This document shows, piece after piece, positions 52,548 through 64,000 of a stretch of DNA of 64,000 nucleotides. This stretch comes from Octopus vulgaris. Lineage: Eukaryota. The notes beneath the pieces are model-generated. The model worked only from the letters and a program-made list of their open reading frames with translations. It made no database searches and was not told the origin of the DNA. The position numbers were made by a program, and so were the translations under genes. Location: the NCBI GenBank assembly GCA_951406725.2, contig OX597817.1:23932001-23996000 (forward strand), in the 5' to 3' direction. Position 1 is the stretch's first letter. Every line of letters starts with the position of its first letter.

Positions 52548-54780
52548 TGAAATTGATAGAAAAACAAAAGACGAAGACAGGTGTAGGAAGAGCAAGCAAG
52601 TGTGTTAGCTTGACGCTCGGAAAAATGTAAAAGTCTTTTACGTTTCGAGCCTACGCTTTTCGACAGAAAGAAATAAGAGGAAACAAATAGAGAGAGAATG
52701 GAAAAAGCGTGTAGAGTTCAGCAGTCCAACATGGCGAATGATTGAAAAAGAAGAGGTTGATTAAAAGGGAGATAATAATGGAACAATGGTAGTAATATGG
52801 TGGTGATCCGTACAAGCTAAGGTGCGCAAGTGTGTCTCTGTGTGCGTGAGAATGGTGTGTGTGAGTGTGGGTCTATGTGAATGGAGGCAAGTGAGCTGGA
52901 TGTATATGTGTGTAACGTGTGTGTGTGTATGCGTGTGTGTGTGTGTATGCGTGTGTGTGTGTGTGTATGCGTGTGTGTGTGTGCTGTATGCAGTAGTTGA
53001 TGTGTGCTATCTCACGTGGTGTGTGTACATGTCTATGTGTGTGTGTCTGTGACCAAATAGTGTGCATGTGTAAAGTGTATGATGGTGGGTGAAATTTACC
53101 TTGGTCTATGCGTGTTGCGTGTGTGTGTGTATATAGTGTCTGTGTTCAGGTACTATGTGTTTGTGTGGGTGTGGGAGTCTGCATGATAGTGTGTGGTGTG
53201 TCTACTGAGTTAAACACTGTGTGTGACTAGCGGTATTTGTGGTGACGTTATTGAAGGTTGTGTGTGGTGTGTGGATAATGTTGTGTGATGCAGGTGATGA
53301 GAAGTGGCCGGCGCTAGCGTGTGTGGAGTGGGTTGGTGTTGTAGGTGTGTGTGTAACGGCGTGTGAAGTCAGTGATATGTTGAACAGTGTGTATGGGTGT
53401 GTGTATAGTGGTGCGTGTGGGTGAGGGTACCGAGGTGGGTGGTATGTAGGTGTGTAGGTGGAGGGGGCAGTTGAATGTGGGAAGTGAGTGGGAATCCCTG
53501 TGGAGTTGGTGTCAAATGAAGAGAGGAGGTGTGGTTGGTGTCAGATGAAGAGAGGTGGGGAATTGGGACCATGTGGCGCAAAGGAACGAAGAGCGAAGAT
53601 TAATTCCAGTAGAAAGCAAAGGCGGGAGTCCGGCTGGCCCCTGTACAGAGACAGTCTGAACACAGATAGATGTTGTAGCGAATGACGGGTAGTGCGGAAA
53701 TGGCGTGAACCCGGGATGTCATTGCCGAGTCTGATGTCTCGAAGTTGCTCTGCGAACGGGTCGGCCAAGAGGTATCCCGTTTCACCAATGTACAGGGAAG
53801 GACAGAGAGAAAGAGTAGGAGATGCAGTAAATAACATTACTAGAGGTTCAGGTAAAGGAGTCGGTGACGTGATAGGAGCATGTGAGAATGGTGGTGTTGG
53901 AGAGGTAGGGGCAGGTGCGAAAGCGTGGGCGGGAGCAGGGGTAGGAACCAGGCTGGGAGGCGGGGATAGGGAAGAAACTGTGGACCAAGATGTCACGCAG
54001 GTTATGGGCTCGTTTGAAGTAGGGAAGGGGTAGGTTAGAGAAGCTGTACGAGGTGGAGGACGAACTGGAGTCGCTGAAAGGCTCGGAGAATGGTGCGTTG
54101 GAGGGGCAGGGTTAAGGGATCTTAGGTGAGGGGAAACGGGAGACGAGTAAGGGTGGAGCGGGTACAAGGAGAAAGATTAGAGGCACGGCCTATAGACCAT
54201 GTCCGGGCAAGGGCAGTGTGAATAATGGTGAAGAGATATCCACGTAGGATGGAGTGGCGAACCATGAGATGAGACTAAGTCTCAAAGTCATGGTCGCCAC
54301 TGCAGAGCCTGCGTAGACGGAGGAACTGAGAGTAGAGGATGGAGAGCTTGGTGTGGGTAGGGTGGAAGGAGGAGAAGTTAAGGTAGGAGTTTGAGTCAAT
54401 ATGTTTGTAGTGGATCGAGGTAGTGAGGGTGAGTGGTGTATACTGATAGAAATGTCGAGAAAATCGACGGAAGAGTTAGAGATAGAGCATTCGAGGGCAG
54501 GATGGAAGGACCGGACAAAGGAGAGGAAAGAGATCAGTTGTTCGCAGTTGAATGAGGTCGCACCGATACAGTTATCGATATAACGACTGTATAGTTTGGT
54601 TGTGGGACCAGTGAACTGTGCGAATATTTGGGCCTCAGCGTAGCCAATGAACATGTTCGCATAGTTGGGGCCCATTCCCGTCCCCGCGAACGAGAAGTTC
54701 AGCCAGACGAAGAAGTGTGTAGGTGTCAGGCTGAGGTAAGGCCGAAGGTCTAAGAAGTGTTTAAGCGCAAGAAGCCCTCA
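52548..54780 (-). mobile_element. Decayed Penelope-like retroelement: RT, GIY-YIG endonuclease, CA-rich spacer and P1 pseudo-LTR
   Basis: MGPNYANMFIGYAE..LYSRYIDNCIG (PLE RT) and LYIGETG..LADPFAEQLRDIR..SRHF..LIFALRSFAPHGPN (GIY-YIG); frameshifted. Confidence 0.85.
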
Positions 54781-55654
54781 TCACAAAATAAAATAATTTT
54801 CATCTCTCGTGTATAAAAAATGATTTTTATAAAACAACAGCAATATAATCGCCATAGTCTCTCTTCGGGTATAAATTTCTTCTTACAGCTCCGATCTTAA
54901 TATTACTATACTAAAAACAGCCAGCAAAAGATTTGATTTCTCTTCTGCAAAACAATATTGATAAAATAATAAAGAAAATAACGTTAGTCAAATCAAAGAG
55001 TACCGACACTTGCCCGGAGTTCTGCCAAAATGTGGAAATTATGTCTTTAACATTAGATACATCCTTCACCATCCAATGGAAAATATAATAGTGGTAATAG
55101 TAATTGGCTAACCTTATAATACGTGTCGTGAAATGTTATTTAATCTATTGCCTGATTGTTTTTATTTGTAGTGAAAACTTTCCTAAGCTCTTTGCGAAAG
55201 TTTAGGAATGTAAATATTTCTAGTAATTACAGTTTCTTTGAGGGAACAATACTGTACAGTTTAGTTTATAGCTTGGCAGAAAGCAAGAAAGTAGACAGTT
55301 ATGTTGACAATGAAGACAGTGTTATAGGTTTTTGTATTCCTGCAAAGACAAAATCTTGATGGGCCTGAACCCAGTCGATAGTAGTTTCTTATAATCTAAA
55401 TAATTTAAGAGATTAAATTTGATGAGCTTTATTTTATATTATTTATCATTATTATTATTTATTTCTTTTTTGTCATCTTACTCTTGACAGGAATAATTGC
55501 CAACCAATGCTAGAATCTCTATGTAGTCGCTTGCTTTGCTCGAATGAACCCAAAATATATAGATACATTTATATGTAATTTTCGGAAACTCTGGAAATGG
55601 GCAAGAACTGGATACCTTTTTATTATAGGTCTGCCTGATCTGAGCTAAACAAGA

Positions 55655-56461
55655 ACAGCAACAACAAAAATAACAACAACAGCAATAGTAGTAACAATAT
55701 CATAAGCAGCAGCAGCTGGTAACGTCATTAGAAAGTCATTTCAACCTGAATCCAACAATAATTCAAGCAAAATTGGTAAAAGAAAACAAAAAAAAAAAAG
55801 CACTAAAATTCGCTGCAGTTATTAAAATGGAATAAACAGATCAAACATTTCAGGACCACAGAATCGAAGACCGCTGAATTACATCAAGAGTTCTGAATCA
55901 TCTTGATGTTAGAATTATTTCAAGAATACAGGATTGCCAGAAAAAAGTATTCAGTAACTGAAGTACAAACACCATTACTAATGATCTGACAAGCACCATT
56001 ATTAATGATCCGACAACGGAGCCAACAGATGGTCGATTGACCCGCTATAAATTGCAAATATATTTCAAATCTCATCCCGGCGACTCAAAAGAGAGAAGGA
56101 TACATGTAAAATATCTCGTCTGAGATACATCTAAAAATAAGATGGCTAAGTATAAAACATAAGGGCTGGCTTGAATGTTAAACAAAAACAAGATCGTCAC
56201 TAGCTTATGAGGAATCATATATGCGGTCGCTTGGTGCTCTAGTATTATCAATGAAGTTGCTTTTCTAGAGCACACCCTGACATCTTAAAAACTATTGGCT
56301 TATGAAAATGTGTATGAATGGGGATAAAGTTAAAGTGAGGATACAATTCAAAGCAGAATTATTGTTGGAATCATGTTGAAATGATTTTCTAACGACGTTA
56401 CCAGCCGCTGCTTCTGATATTGTTACTATTGTTCCTGTTGTTGTTATTTTTATTGTTGTTG
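55655..56461. repeat. ~110-bp inverted repeat pair (55655-55765 and 56355-56461)
   Basis: GTAACAATATCA..CTGGTAACGTC..CATTTCAAC..TCCAACAATAATTC versus its reverse complement. Confidence 0.8.
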
Positions 56462-58529
56462 AGTAAGGAAAAACAAAATGGTTATAAGTGGTCATCTTGA
56501 CCAGAGATAGTCTAATCTAACAACGACAACAACAAAATAACAACACAGTTAAAAGGATTCGAAATCATAATCTACGAGTTTCATACATACATACATACAT
56601 ACATACATACATACATACATACATACATACATACATACATACATACATACATTCATACATACATACATACATACATATATACATACATACATACATATAT
56701 ATGTGAGTGTGTTTGTATATGTCACGTGTGTGTGTCTCCCTTTTTCTCTCCCCCACCTCTGCCCTATCTCTCACTTCCTACCTCTCTACCTTTACATAAA
56801 TATATACATACGTACGTATTTGTGTGTATATGTGTACTTTATAATTATTTTCAGTTGACAGAAAGCCATGAAAGTGAATCAAGAGGCGAAAGTTTAATAA
56901 ACGAACATCAAATCTGAGAACTTGCATCGTTATATAGAATGAATAACAGTTATTTCTGGAACGATTATAATGCTTATTACTCAAATAATCTGCCGTTAAA
57001 CAGAAAGAAATCTTGATAATTTCACTAGGGAAGACAGCAACGATACAAAATTCCATATAGGCCAAATATAATCTGGATTTGTACTAATTCAAATCCAGAT
57101 ATAAATATCATTCACACACATTTAAACAGAAAGGTAAAAGATCAGCAAAAACACTTTCAAAATACATTTTGATTTTAAAAGGCGTAGAATCTCGAATTAC
57201 AAAATTAAATAGCATATTATCAAATCCGCTCATGCTTACTTCAATAGAAACAACTACTACATCTGTATACGAAAAGTACCGTGTAATTTCACGACCACTT
57301 AATATATTATATTCTAAGTTGGAGTTCATTTCTTCATGTTCCGCCGAAGTTGTGCTAATCCTCAATTCTTCGAGCTCCCCACTGGATGATATTGTTCAGG
57401 CTTTACTCTCTGTGGATTGCGATACACTTCTGAATTTTATCCGCATTCACACACATTTTCATCTCTTTACCTACTCTTCTCTGTTATTGCATAATCTCTC
57501 ACCCAATACAGATGCCAATAACAGGCTTCACCTCTAAAAATTTGACTTAAACTGCGTAGTCCACTTACTCATTCCACATTTCTTTATAATATAGTTTGTT
57601 TTTTTTTGCTGTCATTGGATTTCATAAGTCTTCATCATGCTTTCATATAAACCTCCTTTGTACGCAAATTCACTTTTATATAAATTACTTCTCTCCTATT
57701 ACATTTATTTATAAGTTTATACACATATATATATGTACAGAAGCATATTATGATCGCATTTAAAGCAAAACTTAAGCGTATTCATTTTACCGACAGGTAC
57801 GATATGCAAATTAGCGATCTGCTTTTAAATTACGATGGATGTAATATTTCTGAATTTCTTAATTATTTTTTTTTTTCATTATTTTATATTACATGATATA
57901 ATTTAATTCAGTCAGCAATAATCAGTATGTTCAGATTTGCATTTACTTAGTTTAACAGATTAGTGATTATATTTATGTATGTGTGTTTGTATGAATAGTT
58001 CTATATACAAGTTTGTATATATAATTGTGTGTACGTGCATAATGTATATATATATATAAATATGTGTGTGTTTGTGTCAGTGCGTATGCATGCAAACGTG
58101 TGTGTTTGTGTGTAGGGAGAGTGTACCCCTGGATCTGTATTCTGGTTTATATTTATTTGTACTCAAACTAAGTTCTCCTATGCCACTATTCTACATTACA
58201 AATTTCCTACGATATGAATTATTCTTCATATAATGCAAATGACAACCTCTTTCATTACATTGACTAATTATTATATACTTTCTCTAAAGCTGAGCTCTTT
58301 CATGTTCTATTTTTTCTTATGCTCAACACTCTGCTCTGAAATTGTATCCTCACTTTTACTTTTAGAATCTTCGGTCGTTTTGGGCTGGAAAACGAATAAT
58401 TTTCTTCCTTTAAACCATTTGACATATTTTCAGACTAAAATAGAATTTAAAAGCATTAATTTCATTTGTAGCTTACTTCTCACTCTTCCAAGTTTTCAAA
58501 GTTGCCCTATACATATATATACATATATA

Positions 58530-58593
<64 letters not shown>

Positions 58594-58633
58594 TGTATGT
58601 ATGTATGTATGTTTGTATGTATGTATGTATGTA

Positions 58634-58832
58634 TGACCTCGTGTGTACCGTTGGCGATTTTTTTTCCTCTGTCTTCCCTTCTCTGGATCTTTCCTTCTCC
58701 TATGTTTCCGACGGAGAGCTCCGCTCGAAACGTTAAACCCTCCTTCTTTCCTTCTTTCCTGAGCGTCCAATAATACTATATTTGTTCCACGTCCTCGCGT
58801 TGTTGTTGTTTTTTTCTTGTTTGGATTAACTA
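58634..58832 (+). mobile_element. Solo Penelope-like pseudo-LTR (P2)
   Basis: CCGACGGAGAGCTCCGCTCGAAACGTTA; lies within (TATG)n. Confidence 0.7.
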
Positions 58833-58850
58833 TGTATGTATGTATGTATG

Positions 58851-58905
<55 letters not shown>

Positions 58906-58913
58906 GTATGTGG

Positions 58914-59236
58914 GGGCGCGTGGATTAGTGGTTAGGGCATTCGGTTCATGATCGTAAGGTTGTGAGTTTGATTCCCGGCGATGCGTTGTGTCCTTGAGCA
59001 AGACACTTTATTTCACGTTGCTCCAGTCCACTCAGCTGGCAAAACTGAGTAGTACCCGTATTTCAAAAAAGGCCAGCCATGTCACATTCAGTGTTACGCT
59101 GAATCTCCTTGCGAACTACGTTAAGGGTTTACGTGTCTGTGGAATTCTCAGCCACATGAAAGTTAATTTCACGAGCAAGCTGTTCCGTTGATCGTATCAG
59201 CTGGGACTCTCGTCATCGTAACCGACGGAGTGCTCC
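58914..59236 (+). mobile_element. CORE-type SINE with the SINE-C tail (OR2-like)
   Basis: GGCGCGTGGATTAGTGGTTAGG..TGTGTCCTTGAGCAAGACAC..CCAGTCCACTCAGCTGG, then the SINE-C tail ..GTAACCGACGGAGTGC. Confidence 0.85.
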
Positions 59237-59244
59237 TCATATAC

Positions 59245-59364
<120 letters not shown>

Positions 59365-59372
59365 ATATAAAA

Positions 59373-59676
59373 TTAAACAATATTTTATAATTATGAGTAT
59401 AATTATAATTAGGGTTCAGCAAAAATCTGCTTCACCACATACCGAACTTTAGAAATAGCACGCAAAGAACTTTGCTATTTCTTCTACTTTGGCTGCTTTT
59501 TCTAAAGTTCGATATGTGGTGAAGCAAATTTTTGGTGAACCCTAATTATAATTATACTCATAATTATAAAATATTGTTTAAGTTTACCGAAAATGGTCCT
59601 TTTAACTTGCCGAATACTACTTGGTGGAATTATTAATTATTAATTAATTAATTAATTTTACCCTTTATTATTATTG

Positions 59677-59678
<2 letters not shown>
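59373..59678. mobile_element. Fold-back element: ~95-bp inverted arms plus tail, lying between microsatellites
   Basis: Arms 59373-59467 and 59487-59581 with few mismatches. Confidence 0.7.
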
Positions 59679-59715
<37 letters not shown>

Positions 59716-61217
59716 GTATGTATGGATGGGTGTATGTACGTGTGTGTAAATGTGTGTGTATGTATATACATAGAGATAGATAGATAAGTAGTTAGTTGAA
59801 CAAAGATACATATACACAACTACAAACACACATATGCATACATCGGTGTATATAGGGTCATGTTTATTTTGTATTGGAGTTGGGGTTCATGAGACATGCA
59901 TACGTAATACGTGACTATTGCAAGAGTAGCAAAGATTTTCCTTGTCTCTGTAGTGTTGGGTCTATGGGTTACACCTTAACGTTTAATTGGCTTTCTCTAT
60001 ATTGGAAGTTTTTTCAACCTTAACTGACCACCTTCATTATTTTTCAGTCATCTTGTCAACATTACTATTGTAAAGACCTCCCTTTTTTTAATCTGTCTTT
60101 CTCCGTCTTTCTCTTGCCCTCTTGTTTTCTTTATTATTTTTATTTATTTTTAATTATTGTCATCTTTTTTGTTTTTTTTTTGTTCTTTATTTCTCTCCTA
60201 ATGGGTTAATTTCATATGTCAAAGGAAAAAATCTTTAGAAAATTTCCTTTTTATTAATATTCCTTATAAAAGACCACATAGCAAAAATAAAACACACATA
60301 GAAGAATGGATAAAACATAAAACAAAAAAGTAATGACATAAAAACAAAAATATAAATCTTTTCTCCTTTTTTTTTTCCTGACTGAGAAATAAAACAAAAA
60401 CGAAATTCCTTTGTTCCTAATAAACACCCAAATAATTAAATAATTAAATAATTAAATAAATAAATAAATAAATGTAAAATAATCAACAATATTCTTTTGT
60501 GTTTTTACCTCCTTTATCTTGCCTTGTTGAACCAAATTTCTTAGGCGTGGTGGAGCTAAAGACACTAATTAGTAAATTCTTAAATTCTTTCTTTAAATCT
60601 TTATTTTTTTTTTTTTTCCTTTTTATTGTGTGAGTGTGTATCAGTGTGCAGAATGCGCGTTTGTGTACATGTGTCTGCGTGTGTGTGTTAATGTGTGTAT
60701 GTATAATTTGAAAAATTTATTTGGGCGGAAGAAAATAATAAATGAAGTAAACAAACTAAGGAAAAAAAAAACAGAAGGAAAAGCCAATTATTTTTTCTTT
60801 CTTTCTTTCTTTCTTTCGTCGTTGTTTATTTTTTGTTCTGAAAGAAATTCAGAATTGTAGTGATCTTTAATTAATTTTTGCTGCAAAAGAATTGATTGGT
60901 TGGTTGAAAATTGAGTGAATCTTATATTCTTCAAGTTTTGAAATTTTTCCTCAATTAAATTCGTGGCTGATTTGATTTTTGCAATTTCATCATTATCAGA
61001 CTTGCTAGAATTAAAATCACAGGTATTACTGGTACTAATTTCTCCTGCATAAATGACGATGTTTTTTCAGATTTAGCGATCATATTATCACTACACCATC
61101 AGCAACACAACACTGACGCAATAATGCTTCCTACAAGATAAACATTAGGGATTATCTTTATATTTCTTCAATACCCATTACCTCGCTCCTTCTTTTCTCA
61201 ATATATCGCATGGTTAA

Positions 61218-61446
61218 GGCGGCAAGCTGGCAGAATCGTTAGCAGGCCGGTCGAAATGCGTAGCCGTATTTCGTCCGCCGTTACGTTCTGAGTTCAAATT
61301 CCGCCGAGGTTGACTTTGCTTTCATCCTTTCGGGGTCGATAAATTAAGTACCAGTTACGCACTGGGGTCGATGTAATCGACTTAATTCGTTTGTCTGTCC
61401 TTGTTTGTCCCCTCTATGTTTAGACCCTTGTGGGTAATAAAGAAAC
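61218..61446 (+). mobile_element. SINE-A
   Basis: Matches the family. Confidence 0.9.
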
Positions 61447-61897
61447 GAATATTGCTTCCTACAGCCTATCACTTTTGTACTTTATAATCTGTCAGCATGT
61501 TAAATATCACCACATGCTTCTTCGATGCTCTTAACAGTTACTACTCTCGGGTTTGTCTTTTGGGACTAGTCAAGGAGATGAATTGGAATAATCATTAGAG
61601 TATGGGATAAAATACCTCACCTTATTTGATCTGACCCTGCGCCATGTGTGCCAATCCTGCACCCATCTTCACTGTACTTTTTTATTCATCAACCAATAAA
61701 AAATGTAGTGCGGTTGGCATAAAAGTAAGAACGTCGCATTGTATGCCTAGTTGTGTTTGTTCTGATTCTTTAAGTTTCAAATCATACGAACGGCTGACAG
61801 GATGGGATAGTAGACTTAATCAGTCATTCGGTTTAATAGTACTCTTTGTTACTTAGGTGTCTTTAGCAGAGTTTCGTACTGTAGCAAGCATTCATGG

Positions 61898-62245
61898 GGA
61901 GGGAAGCACTCCGTCGGTTACGACGATGAGGGTTCCGGTTGATCCGAATCAACGGAACAGCCTGCTCGTGAAATTAACGTGTAAGTGGCTGAGCACTCCA
62001 CAGACACGTGCACCCTTAACGTAGTTCTCGGGGATATTCAGCGTGACACAGAGAGTGACAAGGCCGGTCCCTTGAAATACACGTACAACAGAAACAGGAA
62101 GTAAGAGTGAGAGAAAGTTGTGGTGAAAGAGTACAGCAGGGATCACCACCATTCTCTGCCGGAGACTCGTGGAGCTTTTAGGTGTTTTCGCTCAATAAAC
62201 ACTCACAACGCCCGGTTTGGGAATCGAAACCGCGATCCTATGACC
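61898..62245 (-). mobile_element. SINE-C, 5'-truncated
   Basis: TSD AAGCATTCATG on both sides. Confidence 0.88.
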
Positions 62246-63319
62246 TGAAGCATTCATGACAGGTCACCGATTAGAAGTTACATTCCTCCAACAAGTCCAG
62301 AAAACTCTGGAAAAAGATACTTTCTCTCTTGATCATAATATGGAAAATAAATTCCCTTGTATAACAATAATTCCCTTCTTTTTGTTCCGCCAGCTACAGA
62401 AGCTTCAAAAAATGTATTGGGAGCTACCGCACGTTCTTTGATAATGCTACTAAAAGCAACGGCAACACAAAAAAAAGAAAGAAACTGTTGAATATACTCT
62501 GAATAAACTGGAACGAAGCTACTTCTTTATGCAGTGAAATTTGTAGTACGCTGTATTTAGTGGCTTTGAAATATTATGTACGAAAAAATTCTTTTGCAAC
62601 CAATAGAGATTTTATATCCGGTGTGTGTGATGAGGTTTTTACACACACTTCTTGCATGCAACATCTAATCATGGCTATAATCAGTGCTGGATTAACCATT
62701 AAGCAAAATAAGCACGTGCTTAGGGCATCAAGGAAAGTAGGGCACCACAGAAATAGTAAATGGTTTACGGCACAAAAGAAATCACTTTAAACTTGCTAAA
62801 ATAATATTCGATGTGCTTTATAAGATCGGAAATATAATTTTGAAATGTTCATGGTGTTGTTGCAAGACTATTGTCATCCTTTCAGGGTCGATAAGATAAT
62901 TACCAGTCAATCACTGGGAGTCGATGTAATTGACTTACCAAGTCTCTACGACTCTGTTGGCATTGTACACAAATTTGAAGCAAGAATTTCAAGAAATACT
63001 GTCATTTACGATCACTAGCCAGTAGATTGTTTAAAACTTAAGTTAAAATGGAAACTTGAGAAATCAAGAACAGACCTATATATCCATTTCCTACATTAAC
63101 AAGTGTATACAATGTAAAGTCTGTGTCCATCATTCCCGATAACAATATCCTATTACTGCTACGTAAAATTTGATATAACTTCTAAGAATCACATACTCAT
63201 ATGATATTGAAATATGGAAGTCTGTATGTTTGAATTTTTCTCTGTACAAACTTATCTCAGCATCTAAGTGTGTTTATTTAATTTTATAAACACAAATATA
63301 ACAGTCTCTGTTTGCGTTA

Positions 63320-63786
63320 TGTACGCATACATATACATGCCTGTGCGTACGTGCATGTATGTATATACATACATACACTCACATATATGTACATATATGT
63401 ATATATGTATGTATGTGTATATATATGTATGAATGTATGTATGTATGTATTATGTATGTATGTATGTATGTATGTATGTATGTATGTATGTATCAATGTA
63501 TGTATGTATGCATATATGTATGTGTAGAGAAACGAAGTCAGATCTACATGGTTAAATATGGTGACACTAAGAATCTGAAAAATGAGGAGGGAATGAGAGG
63601 GGAGAGAACGAAAGAGGATTTCATTTCAGAAAGTCGGATAAGCTTATACATATACATATTTAAACAGATATTTCATAAATTTTAATTTGTACGATTATGT
63701 AAGTATAAATTCACAATCACTTAATTCATATTAATACACACTAATACAAATTTATAAAAGTGTTGTATATATATAGATGCTTTCAG

Positions 63787-63829
<43 letters not shown>

Positions 63830-63910
63830 CACATATACATACACATATATATATATATATGTATATGTATATGTATATATATATTTAAATATATATATAT
63901 ATATCTGTAA

Positions 63911-63944
<34 letters not shown>

Positions 63945-63950
63945 ATATAT

Positions 63951-63995
<45 letters not shown>
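63320..63995. repeat. (TATG)n and (TA)n microsatellite clusters, representative of dozens of TA, CA, TATG, GATA and GA tracts across the window
   Basis: Directly visible. Confidence 0.9.
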
Positions 63996-63999
<4 letters not shown>

Positions 64000-64000
64000 G

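Noticed and set aside
57108-57537. Non-repetitive 122-aa and 85-aa ORFs
   Set aside because: No recognisable domain or splice context; length compatible with chance.

Overview
AT-rich, extremely repeat-dense eukaryotic DNA with no intact protein-coding gene that I can recognise. The SINE repertoire (tRNA-derived families resembling the octopus OK/OR1/OR2 SINEs) and the very high microsatellite load suggest an Octopus intron or intergenic region; this is an inference. Almost all ORFs in the track are translations of microsatellites or SINEs. Contents: about 30 SINE copies in three major families, plus CORE-type SINEs carrying interchangeable tails; a family of non-autonomous Helitrons (TC...hairpin-CTAG, A|T insertion), including a perfect head-to-tail dimer and a copy containing a 1.8-kb (GGT)n expansion; a decayed Penelope-like element (RT + GIY-YIG) and several solo pseudo-LTRs with hammerhead-ribozyme motifs; long fold-back palindromes embedded in (TA)n; and relics of Chapaev3-like, mariner, hAT, R4/Dong, RTE and CR1-like elements. 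The most notable signals are an apparently intact type I hammerhead (36268-36345, minus strand), a perfect 64-bp fold-back carrying a hammerhead on both strands (23061-23192), SINE multimers with an invariant junction suggesting self-targeting, and modular Helitron and SINE part-swapping. Family names come from recalled motifs, not database searches. Coordinates were counted by hand and may be off by a few bases.
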